The translations under genes were made by a program, and so were the position numbers. Under the pieces are notes generated by a model that did not search any database, was not told the origin of the DNA, and saw only the letters and a list, made by a program, of their open reading frames with translations. From NCBI GenBank assembly GCA_965223665.1, contig OZ245011.1, positions 3,712,001 to 3,776,000 on the forward strand: a DNA stretch of 64,000 nucleotides, in the 5' to 3' direction. This DNA comes from Nitrospinaceae bacterium. Its GTDB lineage: Bacteria > Nitrospinota > Nitrospinia > Nitrospinales > Nitrospinaceae. Positions 1-9,217 of this stretch are shown one piece after another. Within the stretch, counting starts at the first letter, position 1, and every line of letters starts with the position of its first letter.

Positions 1-725
1 TCTACAAGAGGTTCTTTGATACGAGAAATACATTCAGTGCCAAAGTGTTGAATAATCCTTTCTACAAGGTGAAGGTCATTATGGCGTCTATAAGGAGCGC
101 GAGGTTTTTGTCGAATATTAATTTGCTCGCGTTGAGGATGAATTGTGCTCCATAGATATCCAAGCGATTTAAAAACAGAGGCTCGGTGCATTATTTCATT
201 TGTGTCGATATAGACTTCGGAACCAAATTTATCCAGGTCTAGTTTTGAATAGGAAAAAATAGCCCAATCTTCTCCATAGGAGATTAGGTTTCTATTATCA
301 TGGTCAATAATGGAATTTACCATTCCCTTTGGGTAATGGTTTATTGAATTGCAATGAACTAATTGAGTATATTGATTTTGATCGAGTACTTGAGATAGGG
401 TTTCTAAAAACTTGGGTTTCCAGGTATTATCAGAATCAAGATACGCTATATACTTTCCTTTGGAAATTTTCAATCCATCATTCCTGGGTTCCCATTCGAT
501 GATCCCCCCGCGACTTTGATATTGATTAGAAACTATATTTATTCTTGGATCTATTTTAGAGTAGAATGTCATGATCTCAATTGTCTTGTCATTTGAACCA
601 TCGTTTACCAAGATTAGTTCAAAGTCAGAGAAGGTTTGGGTTAAAACGCTTTCTATGGCATCGGGAAGAACAGATTCCCGATTGTAGGCCGGAATGATAA
701 TGCTTATAAGGGGAGAAGGATTCAT
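1..725 (-). CDS. Glycosyltransferase family 2 (partial, 3' end runs off the window)
   Basis: Not in the ORF track. Manual translation from ATG at 725: MNPSPLISIIIPAYNRESVLPDAIESVLTQTFSDFELILVNDGSND, the canonical GT-A/GT2 N-terminus. Confidence 0.92.
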   Translation of the reverse strand, partial: MNPSPLISIIIPAYNRESVLPDAIESVLTQTFSDFELILVNDGSNDKTIEIMTFYSKIDPRINIVSNQYQSRGGIIEWEPRNDGLKISKGKYIAYLDSDNTWKPKFLETLSQVLDQNQYTQLVHCNSINHYPKGMVNSIIDHDNRNLISYGEDWAIFSYSKLDLDKFGSEVYIDTNEIMHRASVFKSLGYLWSTIHPQREQINIRQKPRAPYRRHNDLHLVERIIQHFGTECISRIKEPLV

Positions 726-916
726 GAAAGTAAAATATCGATGTGAAAAAAATAATCTCTAGCTAAAAGGTTAATTACTTTATGAATTGGAATCAATATA
801 AATGTAGTTATAAGAAATTTGAAAATTCTCGGCGTGGAATCGGCTTTTCTTGTTTTATGTTTACTCTAGTGTTAACTTATATAAATACGTATTGTTGAAA
901 TTAAGTTGAGTAGAGG

Positions 917-1666
917 ATGACATCAGACCCCTATCAGGCCATTTTTCAAAATAGAGGAGAAATTTATCATCAGGCCATGTTGAACTGTCCGTTTGCAAGG
1001 CAAACTGAGTTTGAAAATATGATTTCTCTTGCGGATATAAAAGACGGACACCGAGTTTGTGATGTGCCTTCCGGGGGTGGTTACATTCAGAATTTTGTTT
1101 CTAGGAAAATCGATTTAATCTGCGTTGATTCTTCATTTCAGTTTATTCAAAATAAAAATTCACCAAATTTAAAAAAGATATTGGGAAGTTTAGAGTCTTT
1201 GCCTTTGAAGGGCTCAAGCCTGGACCGTGTTCTTAGCTTGGCCGGTTTGCACCATTTTGATGATAAGCTTAAGATTTTCCAGGAAATCCTTAGGGTTTTG
1301 AGGCCTGGTGGAAAGTTTTGTATTGCTGATGTTAGTGAATTTTCTTCTACGGCAGAATTTCTAAATGTCTTTGTCGATAAGCATAATTCCATGGGGCATA
1401 AAGGGGTTTTTTTTGATGATTCGACTAAAGAGCAACTTAATTCACTTGGATTTAAACTCTTTGAAGCTAAATGTAAGAAATTTTTTTGGAAGTTTTCCTC
1501 TCTGGAAATGATGACTGATTTTTGCCGGAATTTATTCGGAATTGATAAAATTGATAACAAAGGAATTCTTAAGGGTATTGATCATTATTTGGGGGTTTTC
1601 AGAAGCAATGGTTCTTATTGCATGAATTGGGAACTAATGTATTTGGCCGGGATAAAAAATGATTAA
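917..1666 (+). CDS. Class I SAM-dependent methyltransferase
   Basis: Motif I-like VCDVPSGGGY, SLDRVLSLAGLHH, ILRVLRPGGKFCIAD; AGAGG before the ATG. Confidence 0.88.
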   Translation: MTSDPYQAIFQNRGEIYHQAMLNCPFARQTEFENMISLADIKDGHRVCDVPSGGGYIQNFVSRKIDLICVDSSFQFIQNKNSPNLKKILGSLESLPLKGSSLDRVLSLAGLHHFDDKLKIFQEILRVLRPGGKFCIADVSEFSSTAEFLNVFVDKHNSMGHKGVFFDDSTKEQLNSLGFKLFEAKCKKFFWKFSSLEMMTDFCRNLFGIDKIDNKGILKGIDHYLGVFRSNGSYCMNWELMYLAGIKND

Positions 1667-1710
1667 TTTAATTAATACATTCTAGAAGTATTGAGGAGAA
1701 AAAAAACTGA

Positions 1711-3096
1711 GTGAATTGGCGTAATATAGCTTATAGAATTTTTAAGAAACTGCAGGATCCAAGTTATTTTAATTGGGAAATCATTTGTGCGAAACTGGAG
1801 CAACATTCTAAAGATCCCTCACAAAAATATTTAGTAGAACTCCTAAAGTTTGCCAGACAAAAGGTTCCTTATTACAACGAAACCATAAATGAAGAATTTA
1901 GGAATTTTGAAAACCTTCAAGATATTCCTTTTTTAAATAAAGAAAAGATTAGTAAAAACTTTGATAGATTGAAATCTTTGGATATGAATTTAAGTTTAAC
2001 CTATGAAGCGCACTCTGGAGGTTCAACCGGAGAGCCGCAGCTTTATGTGCAAGATAAAGAATATTCTTCATGGGGCTTGGCTACAGAAAACTTTTATTAT
2101 AGAAACTTTCTGAAATTTGATCCTAATTTGGTTCCTAAAGTATTTTTGTGGGGGGCTCGCGAGGATTTATTAAAAACTAAAAGTTGGAAAAGTAAAATTG
2201 GGCAGTCACTCCAGCAGGTAAAATTTCTCAATTCTTACGCAATGACGCCAGAATTATGCCATAAGTATGTAAGGCAAATTAATCAGCATAGACCCTATTA
2301 TATACGGGGATATTCGCATTCAATTTTTTTGTTGGCACAATTTATTAAAGAAAACCATTTGAGAGTGTTTTCTCCTCATTGCATTATCTCTTCTGCAGAA
2401 AAAATGCATGGTTTTATGCGAAAAATAATTCAAGATGTATTTGCTTGTCCAGTTTATGATTATTATGGTTCTAGAGAAGTGGGTGCTATAGCTGGAGAAT
2501 GTTATGAGGGAAAACTTCATGTATTTTCTTTTAATAACTGGGTTGAGATAGTTGATGAGGAGGGAAAATTGGCCCGACCTGGAGAAGGAGGTAAGGTAGT
2601 TATAACCAACCTCCATAACTTTTCAATGCCACTCATTAGATATGAAATAGGCGATACTGCAATCCAAGGCTATCCTTGTTCTTGTGAGAGTAAATTGCCA
2701 ACTATTGAAGAAGTTTCAGGGAGAACTTCGGATCATTTTATTACTTCTAGTGGTAAGATGATTAGTGGCTTGTTTTTTGCGTTAATATGTAGAACTGAAT
2801 GGATGAAACATTATCAAGTAATTCAGACGAAAATAAACTCTATAAAAATACTATATATCCCCAACCGAAAACTTCAAAAACATGATTTTAAAGATGTTAC
2901 CCAAAAAATCCAACAGGTAATGGGAAGGGATTGTGAAATAATATGGGAAGTGGTTGATGCGATTCCCTTATCTCCAAATGGAAAACTTCTTTTAACTAAA
3001 AGTTTAGTGGCCTCAAATAAGTTTTTACAAAGCAATCTTCCAACCATAGATAAATTACAACCGGAAAATTCGGGTTGTGAAATTGAAGGCAGTTAA
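1711..3096 (+). CDS. CapK-like / phenylacetate-CoA ligase family adenylate-forming enzyme (paralog 1)
   Basis: VPYY, SGGSTGEP P-loop, YDYYGSREVG, MPLIRYEIGD, GRTSD motifs. Confidence 0.88.
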   Translation: MNWRNIAYRIFKKLQDPSYFNWEIICAKLEQHSKDPSQKYLVELLKFARQKVPYYNETINEEFRNFENLQDIPFLNKEKISKNFDRLKSLDMNLSLTYEAHSGGSTGEPQLYVQDKEYSSWGLATENFYYRNFLKFDPNLVPKVFLWGAREDLLKTKSWKSKIGQSLQQVKFLNSYAMTPELCHKYVRQINQHRPYYIRGYSHSIFLLAQFIKENHLRVFSPHCIISSAEKMHGFMRKIIQDVFACPVYDYYGSREVGAIAGECYEGKLHVFSFNNWVEIVDEEGKLARPGEGGKVVITNLHNFSMPLIRYEIGDTAIQGYPCSCESKLPTIEEVSGRTSDHFITSSGKMISGLFFALICRTEWMKHYQVIQTKINSIKILYIPNRKLQKHDFKDVTQKIQQVMGRDCEIIWEVVDAIPLSPNGKLLLTKSLVASNKFLQSNLPTIDKLQPENSGCEIEGS

Positions 3097-3223
3097 AGCC
3101 TTCCCCTTAGCTTTCTAAGTTGTAAAATTGATTTCATGTTTTGTAAGGCTACTAAATGTTAAAGTGAACATGTGTTACGAGAATTGCGCAGATTGAAACC
3201 CCTTGGTATGGAAGGAATTTCTG

Positions 3224-4720
3224 ATGAGAAAATGTATGTTTAAACTGAATGGTTTTCTAATTTTTTCTTTTTTACTTTTTTTATTACTGCCTGCAACCTC
3301 ATTTTCCGGATTTGGTTTTAATTTTGGGGGTGAAGAAAAAGCACCTGCAAGTTACTTTGTCGATGTAAAGGATTTTGGAGCAAAGGGTGATGGAAAGACC
3401 GATGATACTTTAGCCATTCAGGCAGCTATAGATTCACTTTGTGAAAATGAAATTGGGGGAGGGACGGTTTATTTCCCACCTGGACAATATCTGATTTTAG
3501 GCCAACCAGGACCTATGGATTCCTATCAGGGAAAAGTAATGAAAAATGGGATCATGATAAAAGATATTGATAAGTCAATTGCCAGGCCTACCGGTAATAA
3601 GGGTAATCACAGGATTACACTTCGAGGATCTGGAAAAGCCAGCGTTTTAAAAGGGGGATCAAAAAATTTAATAATAATAAGAGTCTCCACTAGTTTTGTC
3701 ACTATTAAAGACCTTACGATCAACGGAGGAGCAAATTATAAAGATTTTGGAAATGGGGTTGTTGGAATGGCATTTGTTCCGGAAAACATGCAGGATGCCC
3801 TGACCCATTCGAAAGTAAATTATAATGTAGTGGAAAATGTTCATATTGGAAATACCCAAGAAGGTATTTTAATGATTTGTGGGCCTGATGGTACCGGATG
3901 GCAAAGTTCTTGTTATTGGAATTCCTTTTCAAACATTTATTTGAGATTTATGACTCGAGGAATTTACTTAGCGAGTGGAGTGAAAGGTTCACCCAGTAAT
4001 AATAGAAATTATTTTGAAAACATAATTATGAACTTTATGAATGTTGGGTTGCATATTGAAAGCGGGGATACCAATACCTGTATTCATTGTGCGATAAATG
4101 ACATTTTTTTAGAGGAAACTCCTTACACAGGAAAGGTTCCGCGAGAAGTCCCCACCGCCATTGTAATTGATGAATTTGATAAGTGGGGACTCCGGTACAG
4201 CCAAAAAAATCGATTTTATAATCTTCCCTTTGAGGGAAATAAAAGGGATATTGAAAATGCAAATCCACGGACCGAATTTTTTGGAATCAATGCCAGTCTC
4301 AAGAAGGGTTTTAATTTGTGGAAAACACCGCCAAAGGTTTATTTTGGAAATGGACAGTTTTTAAACCACGCTGGACTTTTTATCGGAAAAAAAGATATGC
4401 TTCCCGAACCGAGTGTTGCTTTGGGGATTGAATCCAAAAGGCAAGGTTTTTTACCGCCAAGAATGACATTCAAAGAACGCAATAGGATCAAATCTCCTTT
4501 ACAAGGTTTGATGATTTATAATACTTCATCTAAGTCAATTAATGTATTTGATGGGAAAGCTTGGGCCGATACTAAGGATTCAATGATGTCGTTTCCGGTA
4601 TTAACATCTAAAAAAAGAGATCAATTAAAAGCTCCCAAGAGAGGAGCAATAATCATTAATGAGAGTACGAATAAATTAAATTATTTTGATGGAAAAAAGT
4701 GGAAAGAATTGTCTCAATAG
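3224..4720 (+). CDS. Secreted pectate-lyase-3/tailspike-like beta-helix protein (paralog 1)
   Basis: Signal peptide, then VDVKDFGAKGDGKTDDTLAIQAAID...GGGTVYFPPGQY. Two C-terminal P-x-x-T-x3-R...G-x-I-x-N...FDG-x-x-W motifs. Start moved from 3203 to ATG 3224 (AAGGA upstream). Confidence 0.8.
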   Translation: MRKCMFKLNGFLIFSFLLFLLLPATSFSGFGFNFGGEEKAPASYFVDVKDFGAKGDGKTDDTLAIQAAIDSLCENEIGGGTVYFPPGQYLILGQPGPMDSYQGKVMKNGIMIKDIDKSIARPTGNKGNHRITLRGSGKASVLKGGSKNLIIIRVSTSFVTIKDLTINGGANYKDFGNGVVGMAFVPENMQDALTHSKVNYNVVENVHIGNTQEGILMICGPDGTGWQSSCYWNSFSNIYLRFMTRGIYLASGVKGSPSNNRNYFENIIMNFMNVGLHIESGDTNTCIHCAINDIFLEETPYTGKVPREVPTAIVIDEFDKWGLRYSQKNRFYNLPFEGNKRDIENANPRTEFFGINASLKKGFNLWKTPPKVYFGNGQFLNHAGLFIGKKDMLPEPSVALGIESKRQGFLPPRMTFKERNRIKSPLQGLMIYNTSSKSINVFDGKAWADTKDSMMSFPVLTSKKRDQLKAPKRGAIIINESTNKLNYFDGKKWKELSQ

Positions 4721-4817
4721 AAATATTATCCTAAAAATAATTTGAGAATATTCAATAAGATCTCTCAAGGAAACTATTTAAATCAATCTTATATATTTTG
4801 GATGCTGAATTGGCCTA

Positions 4818-4982
4818 TCATGTATTTGGAATGCCGGCTGTAACGAATAGGGATGTCTTGAATAATGTGTGAAACCCGATTTCGTTCATTATAATGGATA
4901 GAAGCACTCCAATTCCCAGGTTTATCAATAACTGAGTTATGGAAAGCTGTACTTCGCCTGTTAACTTTAACTGCTCAAGCAA
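4818..4982 (-). pseudogene. 54-aa ORF resembling the N-terminus of a DUF4956 protein (probable truncated remnant, or small membrane protein)
   Basis: TTG start after GGAAGGGA: MLEQLKLTGEVQLSITQLLINLGIGVLLSIIMNEIGFHTLFKTSLFVTAGIPNT*. Residues 1-32 parallel FQDFLVNQSAEISVWGFLVNIILAIIFSFIL of 38505..39188 by eye. Confidence 0.45.
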
Positions 4983-5247
4983 TGTTTGTCCCTTCCGTTT
5001 TGTTTTGACTCCTGTGAAAATTGGTAAGAAAACGTTTAATAAAATATATGATAAAGTTTTGAGTCGTGCTTAATAAATAAAATAATTAATAAAGACAAGC
5101 GACTATTTCCATTTTATAAAACTTTTCCAAGTGTTATTTGTGTGAGTAAGAAAATATACGGAAGGAGTTTAACAGGTTTAGAAAGTGGCAACTATATTTT
5201 TACGTCAAAAATGGAATAGAAAAATTATGGTTTTATAGAGCGGCATG

Positions 5248-5281
5248 AAAAAGGCTCCATTTAGAGGTATGGAGCCTTTTC
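5248..5281 (-). terminator. Intrinsic terminator of msrAB
   Basis: Inverted repeat AAAAGGCTCCAT-N8-ATGGAGCCTTTT immediately after the msrAB stop. Confidence 0.8.
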
Positions 5282-5287
5282 TAAAAT

Positions 5288-6424
5288 TTAGGAAAAATGG
5301 GGGAGAAATTTTTCGTAACCTTCTTTGGTTAAATTTTCAAGAGGAATAAACCTTAATGAAGCAGAATTAATACAATACCTTAAGCCAGTAGGAGCTGGGC
5401 CATCGTTAAATACGTGTCCTAGATGAGAATCACCCCATTTAGATCTTACCTCAGTTCTTTTCATAAAAAAGCTATTATCAACTTTGGTAACTATATTTTC
5501 AGCGACTAAAGGTTTAGTGAATGAGGGCCAGCCTGTCCCGGATTTAAATTTATCTTTTGAGCTGAATAGAGGTTCTCCGGAAACGATATCCACATAAATG
5601 CCTTTTCTTTTATTATCCCAATATTCATTTTCAAAAGGCCGTTCTGTACCATTTTTTTGGGTCACTTTATATTGAAGAGGAGTTAAGCTTTTTTTAAGTT
5701 GATCATCAGAAGGTTTCGAATATTTTTGGGAAACATTTTCCATTGATATTTTCATTGGTTTAAAGATTTTTTCATCCCCCCAGGTTTTATCAATAAATTG
5801 ATCTCTTCCTGATCGGTAACGATAATATTTGTATCGAACCGGATTTTTTTTGTAATAATCTTGATGATAATCTTCTGCAGGGTAAAACTCTTTTGCCTGT
5901 ACAATTTTTGTCACGATTTTTTTCTTAAAACGGTTACTATTTTGTAACTTATCTTTAGAAGCTTCTGCAATTTCCTTCTGATTTTGATTGTGGAAAAAAA
6001 TGGCTGTTTTGTAAGAGTCTCCTTGATCCACGAACTGACCACCTGGATCAGTAGGGTCGATATTTCTCCAATAGACTTCTAGTAAATCCATATAAGAAAC
6101 TTTTGAGGAGTCATAATGAATTTGAACAGCCTCTACATGACCAGTTGATTTATAAGATACTTCTTTGTAAGTGGGGTTTTTGGTGTGTCCGCCAGTGTAT
6201 CCGGAAATCACTTTATGGACACCATCCAATTTCTCAAAGGGGGGTTCCATGCACCAAAAACATCCTCCTGCGAAAGTAGCTTTTTCAAGTTTCATTTTGG
6301 AAATAGTATCCATGTTCTCAACCTGCCCAATATTTTTTGATGAAGCACCCAGGTTTGTCAATGAAATCAGGAATATTACCAGAGTACCGACAATAATTGT
6401 GAAAGGTAAATAACGGCTATTCAT
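5288..6424 (-). CDS. msrAB: Exported bifunctional peptide methionine sulfoxide reductase MsrA/MsrB
   Basis: MsrA GGCFWC and AEDYHQDY; MsrB GTGWPSF, HLGHVF, RYCINS; hydrophobic N-terminus. Confidence 0.96.
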   Translation of the reverse strand: MNSRYLPFTIIVGTLVIFLISLTNLGASSKNIGQVENMDTISKMKLEKATFAGGCFWCMEPPFEKLDGVHKVISGYTGGHTKNPTYKEVSYKSTGHVEAVQIHYDSSKVSYMDLLEVYWRNIDPTDPGGQFVDQGDSYKTAIFFHNQNQKEIAEASKDKLQNSNRFKKKIVTKIVQAKEFYPAEDYHQDYYKKNPVRYKYYRYRSGRDQFIDKTWGDEKIFKPMKISMENVSQKYSKPSDDQLKKSLTPLQYKVTQKNGTERPFENEYWDNKRKGIYVDIVSGEPLFSSKDKFKSGTGWPSFTKPLVAENIVTKVDNSFFMKRTEVRSKWGDSHLGHVFNDGPAPTGLRYCINSASLRFIPLENLTKEGYEKFLPHFS

Positions 6425-6490
6425 GGTTTACCTCTAAATAAGTTAAAAGTTACTATTTAAGTTTGCGAATATTTTTTAATTCTGCTGATA

Positions 6491-6517
6491 AGTCGTATGA
6501 AATTCCAGGGCCTTACA
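6491..6517 (-). promoter_or_regulatory. Candidate ECF-sigma promoter for msrAB
   Basis: TGTAAGG-N15-CGACT about 70 bp upstream of the start. ECF-like -35/-10 spacing, reminiscent of the GTAAG/CGTCT ECF promoters of Neisseria msrAB. Confidence 0.35.
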
Positions 6518-7190
6518 GAAGGAGATTTAGTTGCGCAGCAAAATGAAGAAAAAAGCATCAATTTTTGAACTAAATTTCCTTGATTTCCCTTAAGCAACTA
6601 TTTCGTTAGAAACCCTGGATAATAATTAACTAAACAAATAATTTGTAAGTAAATTCTACCTTTACTTATATGAAATCAATAATTAATTCGTTTTAAGGAT
6701 GGAAGGATTAGAATTATATGTTTTTTGGAAAATATTATTAGTTTGAATGATTATATATTTATACAAATGGAAGGACAGTTGTGTTTATTGATAAGAAAAA
6801 AATAACAAGCTTATTTTCAAAGTCTTCAACATTATTATCCGGTTAGTTTAATAATTAAATTAAAATATTCATAAAAATTTTTGTAATCAAATATTAGATA
6901 AAATGGGATAAAGGTTTAACAATTAATTTGTTCGCTCAGTGGTATTATAAAAAAACTTTTTTTAATTTAATTGATAGGATGTTTAAAAAAAGTAATACTT
7001 TAATGACTTTTGTATAGCTGATTAGTTTGAATTTGAATATAATTGAAAGTCGAATTTCTTGGTTTTTTTTAATATATTGTTTGTCTTTACTTTTATTTAG
7101 GTATTGAGTTTTTACTTTGTAATAAAAGTCGAATTAGAGGATTTTGCAAGGTTCTATTCCAATTGTGAGTTAAAGAATAACAAGTCAATT

Positions 7191-8531
7191 ATGAAATTAA
7201 AAACCCATTTATATTATTTTTTAAGAAACAATTTTATTTTTAAAAATTGGAAAAAATTTTTTGATGAAATTTGGGATAATTATCCCTCGTCAAAAGAACC
7301 AATTCGCCGTTTATTGAAACATGCGCGTGAAAATTCGCCCTATTACAAAAATATAATTCCTTTAAGAGAAGACCTTGATGAGTGGCTTTCTGAAGCCCCA
7401 ATATTGACTAAAGAAATTTTAATAAAAAACTTTGAACAAATAAAATCCTCTGATTACCAGCAACGATCTTGGTATTTAAATAGCACTAGCGGTTCTACAG
7501 GTAAACCCGTCAATTTTATTCAGGATAAAGATTATAATGAGTGGCTTATTGCTTCAGAAAATTATTATTATAAAAAATATCTAGGGTTTGATTATGCTGA
7601 CACTCCCAAAATTATTATTTGGGGCTCATCCCGTGATTCGAAAAAAATGTCTTTTTTAAAGGCTAAATTGGGAAATTATTTAAGTAACACTAGTTTTCTG
7701 GATCCATTAGAAATTTCTGCGCAAAATTGGGATGATTATGTCAATGCAATAAACCACAAAAAACCGATATTTATTAGGGGATTTGCCAGTATTTTATTTT
7801 TATTGGCGAACCATATTAAGGAAAAGAAACTAAAAATACACAGTCCCAAATATGTTGCCACCTCTGCAGAAACTTTAAAACCGTTTATGCGTGAAGTAAT
7901 TGAAGAAGTATTTAACTGTCCTGTTTATGATTATTATGGTAGCAGAGAAGTTGGAATAATTGCTGCCGAATGCTCAAGGGGTAAAATGCATACCTTCCCG
8001 TTTTTTAATTATGTTGAAGTCGTGGATATTGAAGGCAAACCCGTTCGCCCAGGCGAAGAGGGTAATTTACTTATAACGAATTTAAGGAACTATTCTATGC
8101 CTATTATTCGTTATGAAATTGGGGATACAGCTATATTGGGTGATACTTGTGAGTGCGGAGGCAGTACCCCTGTTCTGGAAAAAATTACGGGACGAATTAC
8201 CGATCATTTTATAACAAAAGAGGGCTCCATTGTTCATGGTCTGTATTTTGCCAGGATGTTTTATTTTAGTAAGTGGGTAGGAGAGTTTCAAATTTTGCAA
8301 AAGGATTATGAGTTTTTAGAAATTTATTATGTTCCAAAAGATGAACCCCCGGAAGAAGAAATTGAAAATATTAATTTCAAGATTAAAGAAAAAATGGGTG
8401 AAAATTGCCGCATAGATTGGATAAAAACTGAAAGTGTTCCTCGAACTTCAGAAGGGAAATGGTTATTTACCCGAAGTGAACTATATCGCCGGGGAGCAAA
8501 TATTTCTCCTGCCACCGGAATTGACGTTTGA
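7191..8531 (+). CDS. CapK-like adenylate-forming enzyme (paralog 2)
   Basis: TSGSTGKP, YDYYGSREVG, MPIIRYEIGD. Start set at ATG 7191 because MKLKTHLYYFLRNN matches the start of paralog 3 (MKLKTKLFYLIRNN). Confidence 0.88.
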   Translation: MKLKTHLYYFLRNNFIFKNWKKFFDEIWDNYPSSKEPIRRLLKHARENSPYYKNIIPLREDLDEWLSEAPILTKEILIKNFEQIKSSDYQQRSWYLNSTSGSTGKPVNFIQDKDYNEWLIASENYYYKKYLGFDYADTPKIIIWGSSRDSKKMSFLKAKLGNYLSNTSFLDPLEISAQNWDDYVNAINHKKPIFIRGFASILFLLANHIKEKKLKIHSPKYVATSAETLKPFMREVIEEVFNCPVYDYYGSREVGIIAAECSRGKMHTFPFFNYVEVVDIEGKPVRPGEEGNLLITNLRNYSMPIIRYEIGDTAILGDTCECGGSTPVLEKITGRITDHFITKEGSIVHGLYFARMFYFSKWVGEFQILQKDYEFLEIYYVPKDEPPEEEIENINFKIKEKMGENCRIDWIKTESVPRTSEGKWLFTRSELYRRGANISPATGIDV

Positions 8532-8791
8532 TATCATTCTTTGTTTATTAGAATAAAACTTATTATTTGTTTTACGATACGCCTCGAAAAAGTTTTATTT
8601 TTATCGCCTTTTCTATTATTTACTTGAAAGCTTTATTATTACCTTTTAAGTAAATCAGAATTTCTTTCAAAAACTTTGAATTTCTTGTATTTAAAGATAT
8701 TGTTTAAGCCCTGTACAAGGCCTTAATAATTGATATAATTAGCTGAACAAACTGGTTAAATCGAATTATTAATTTATTGGGGGAAGAAAAA

Positions 8792-9052
8792 ATGAGATTT
8801 TTAGCCATATTGAGTTTGTTAGGTTTAATTGCTTGCACTCACACATATCCACCTAAGGAAGACCCGGTTAATTTGGTGGTAAGCTCTGCGCAATCCATTG
8901 AGTATAAACTAGGATTTAAGCATGGTTGTGATAGTGCTTTGGCAAACTCTGGAGAAGTAAATTATAAATTTGTAAAGGATATCAGTCTTTATTCCACAAG
9001 TAATGACTATACTAACGGTTGGAATGCTGGGGAAGATAGTTGTAAAAAGTAA
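8792..9052 (+). CDS. Small lipoprotein of unknown function
   Basis: MRFLAILSLLGLIAC lipobox; YxxGFxxGC and YxxGWxxGxxxC paired motifs. Confidence 0.75.
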   Translation: MRFLAILSLLGLIACTHTYPPKEDPVNLVVSSAQSIEYKLGFKHGCDSALANSGEVNYKFVKDISLYSTSNDYTNGWNAGEDSCKK

Positions 9053-9217
9053 TTACTATTTGAATTAATTTTTTATTTATTTTGGGTTTACTTAATAGGG
9101 TATTTTAACCGAAGTTTTGATCTTTTTGGGAAAACGGTTAATTTAGATCAAAAATTGGCTGAAAGCTTTACCTGTAAAAGTTGAAATTGAATATTATAAA
9201 AAATTATCTTTCTTACA

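Noticed and set aside
6520-7190. Very AT-rich intergenic stretch
   Set aside because: No repeats, stable stems or credible ORF found by eye; the 7104 extension of the CapK ORF is unsupported by its paralog.
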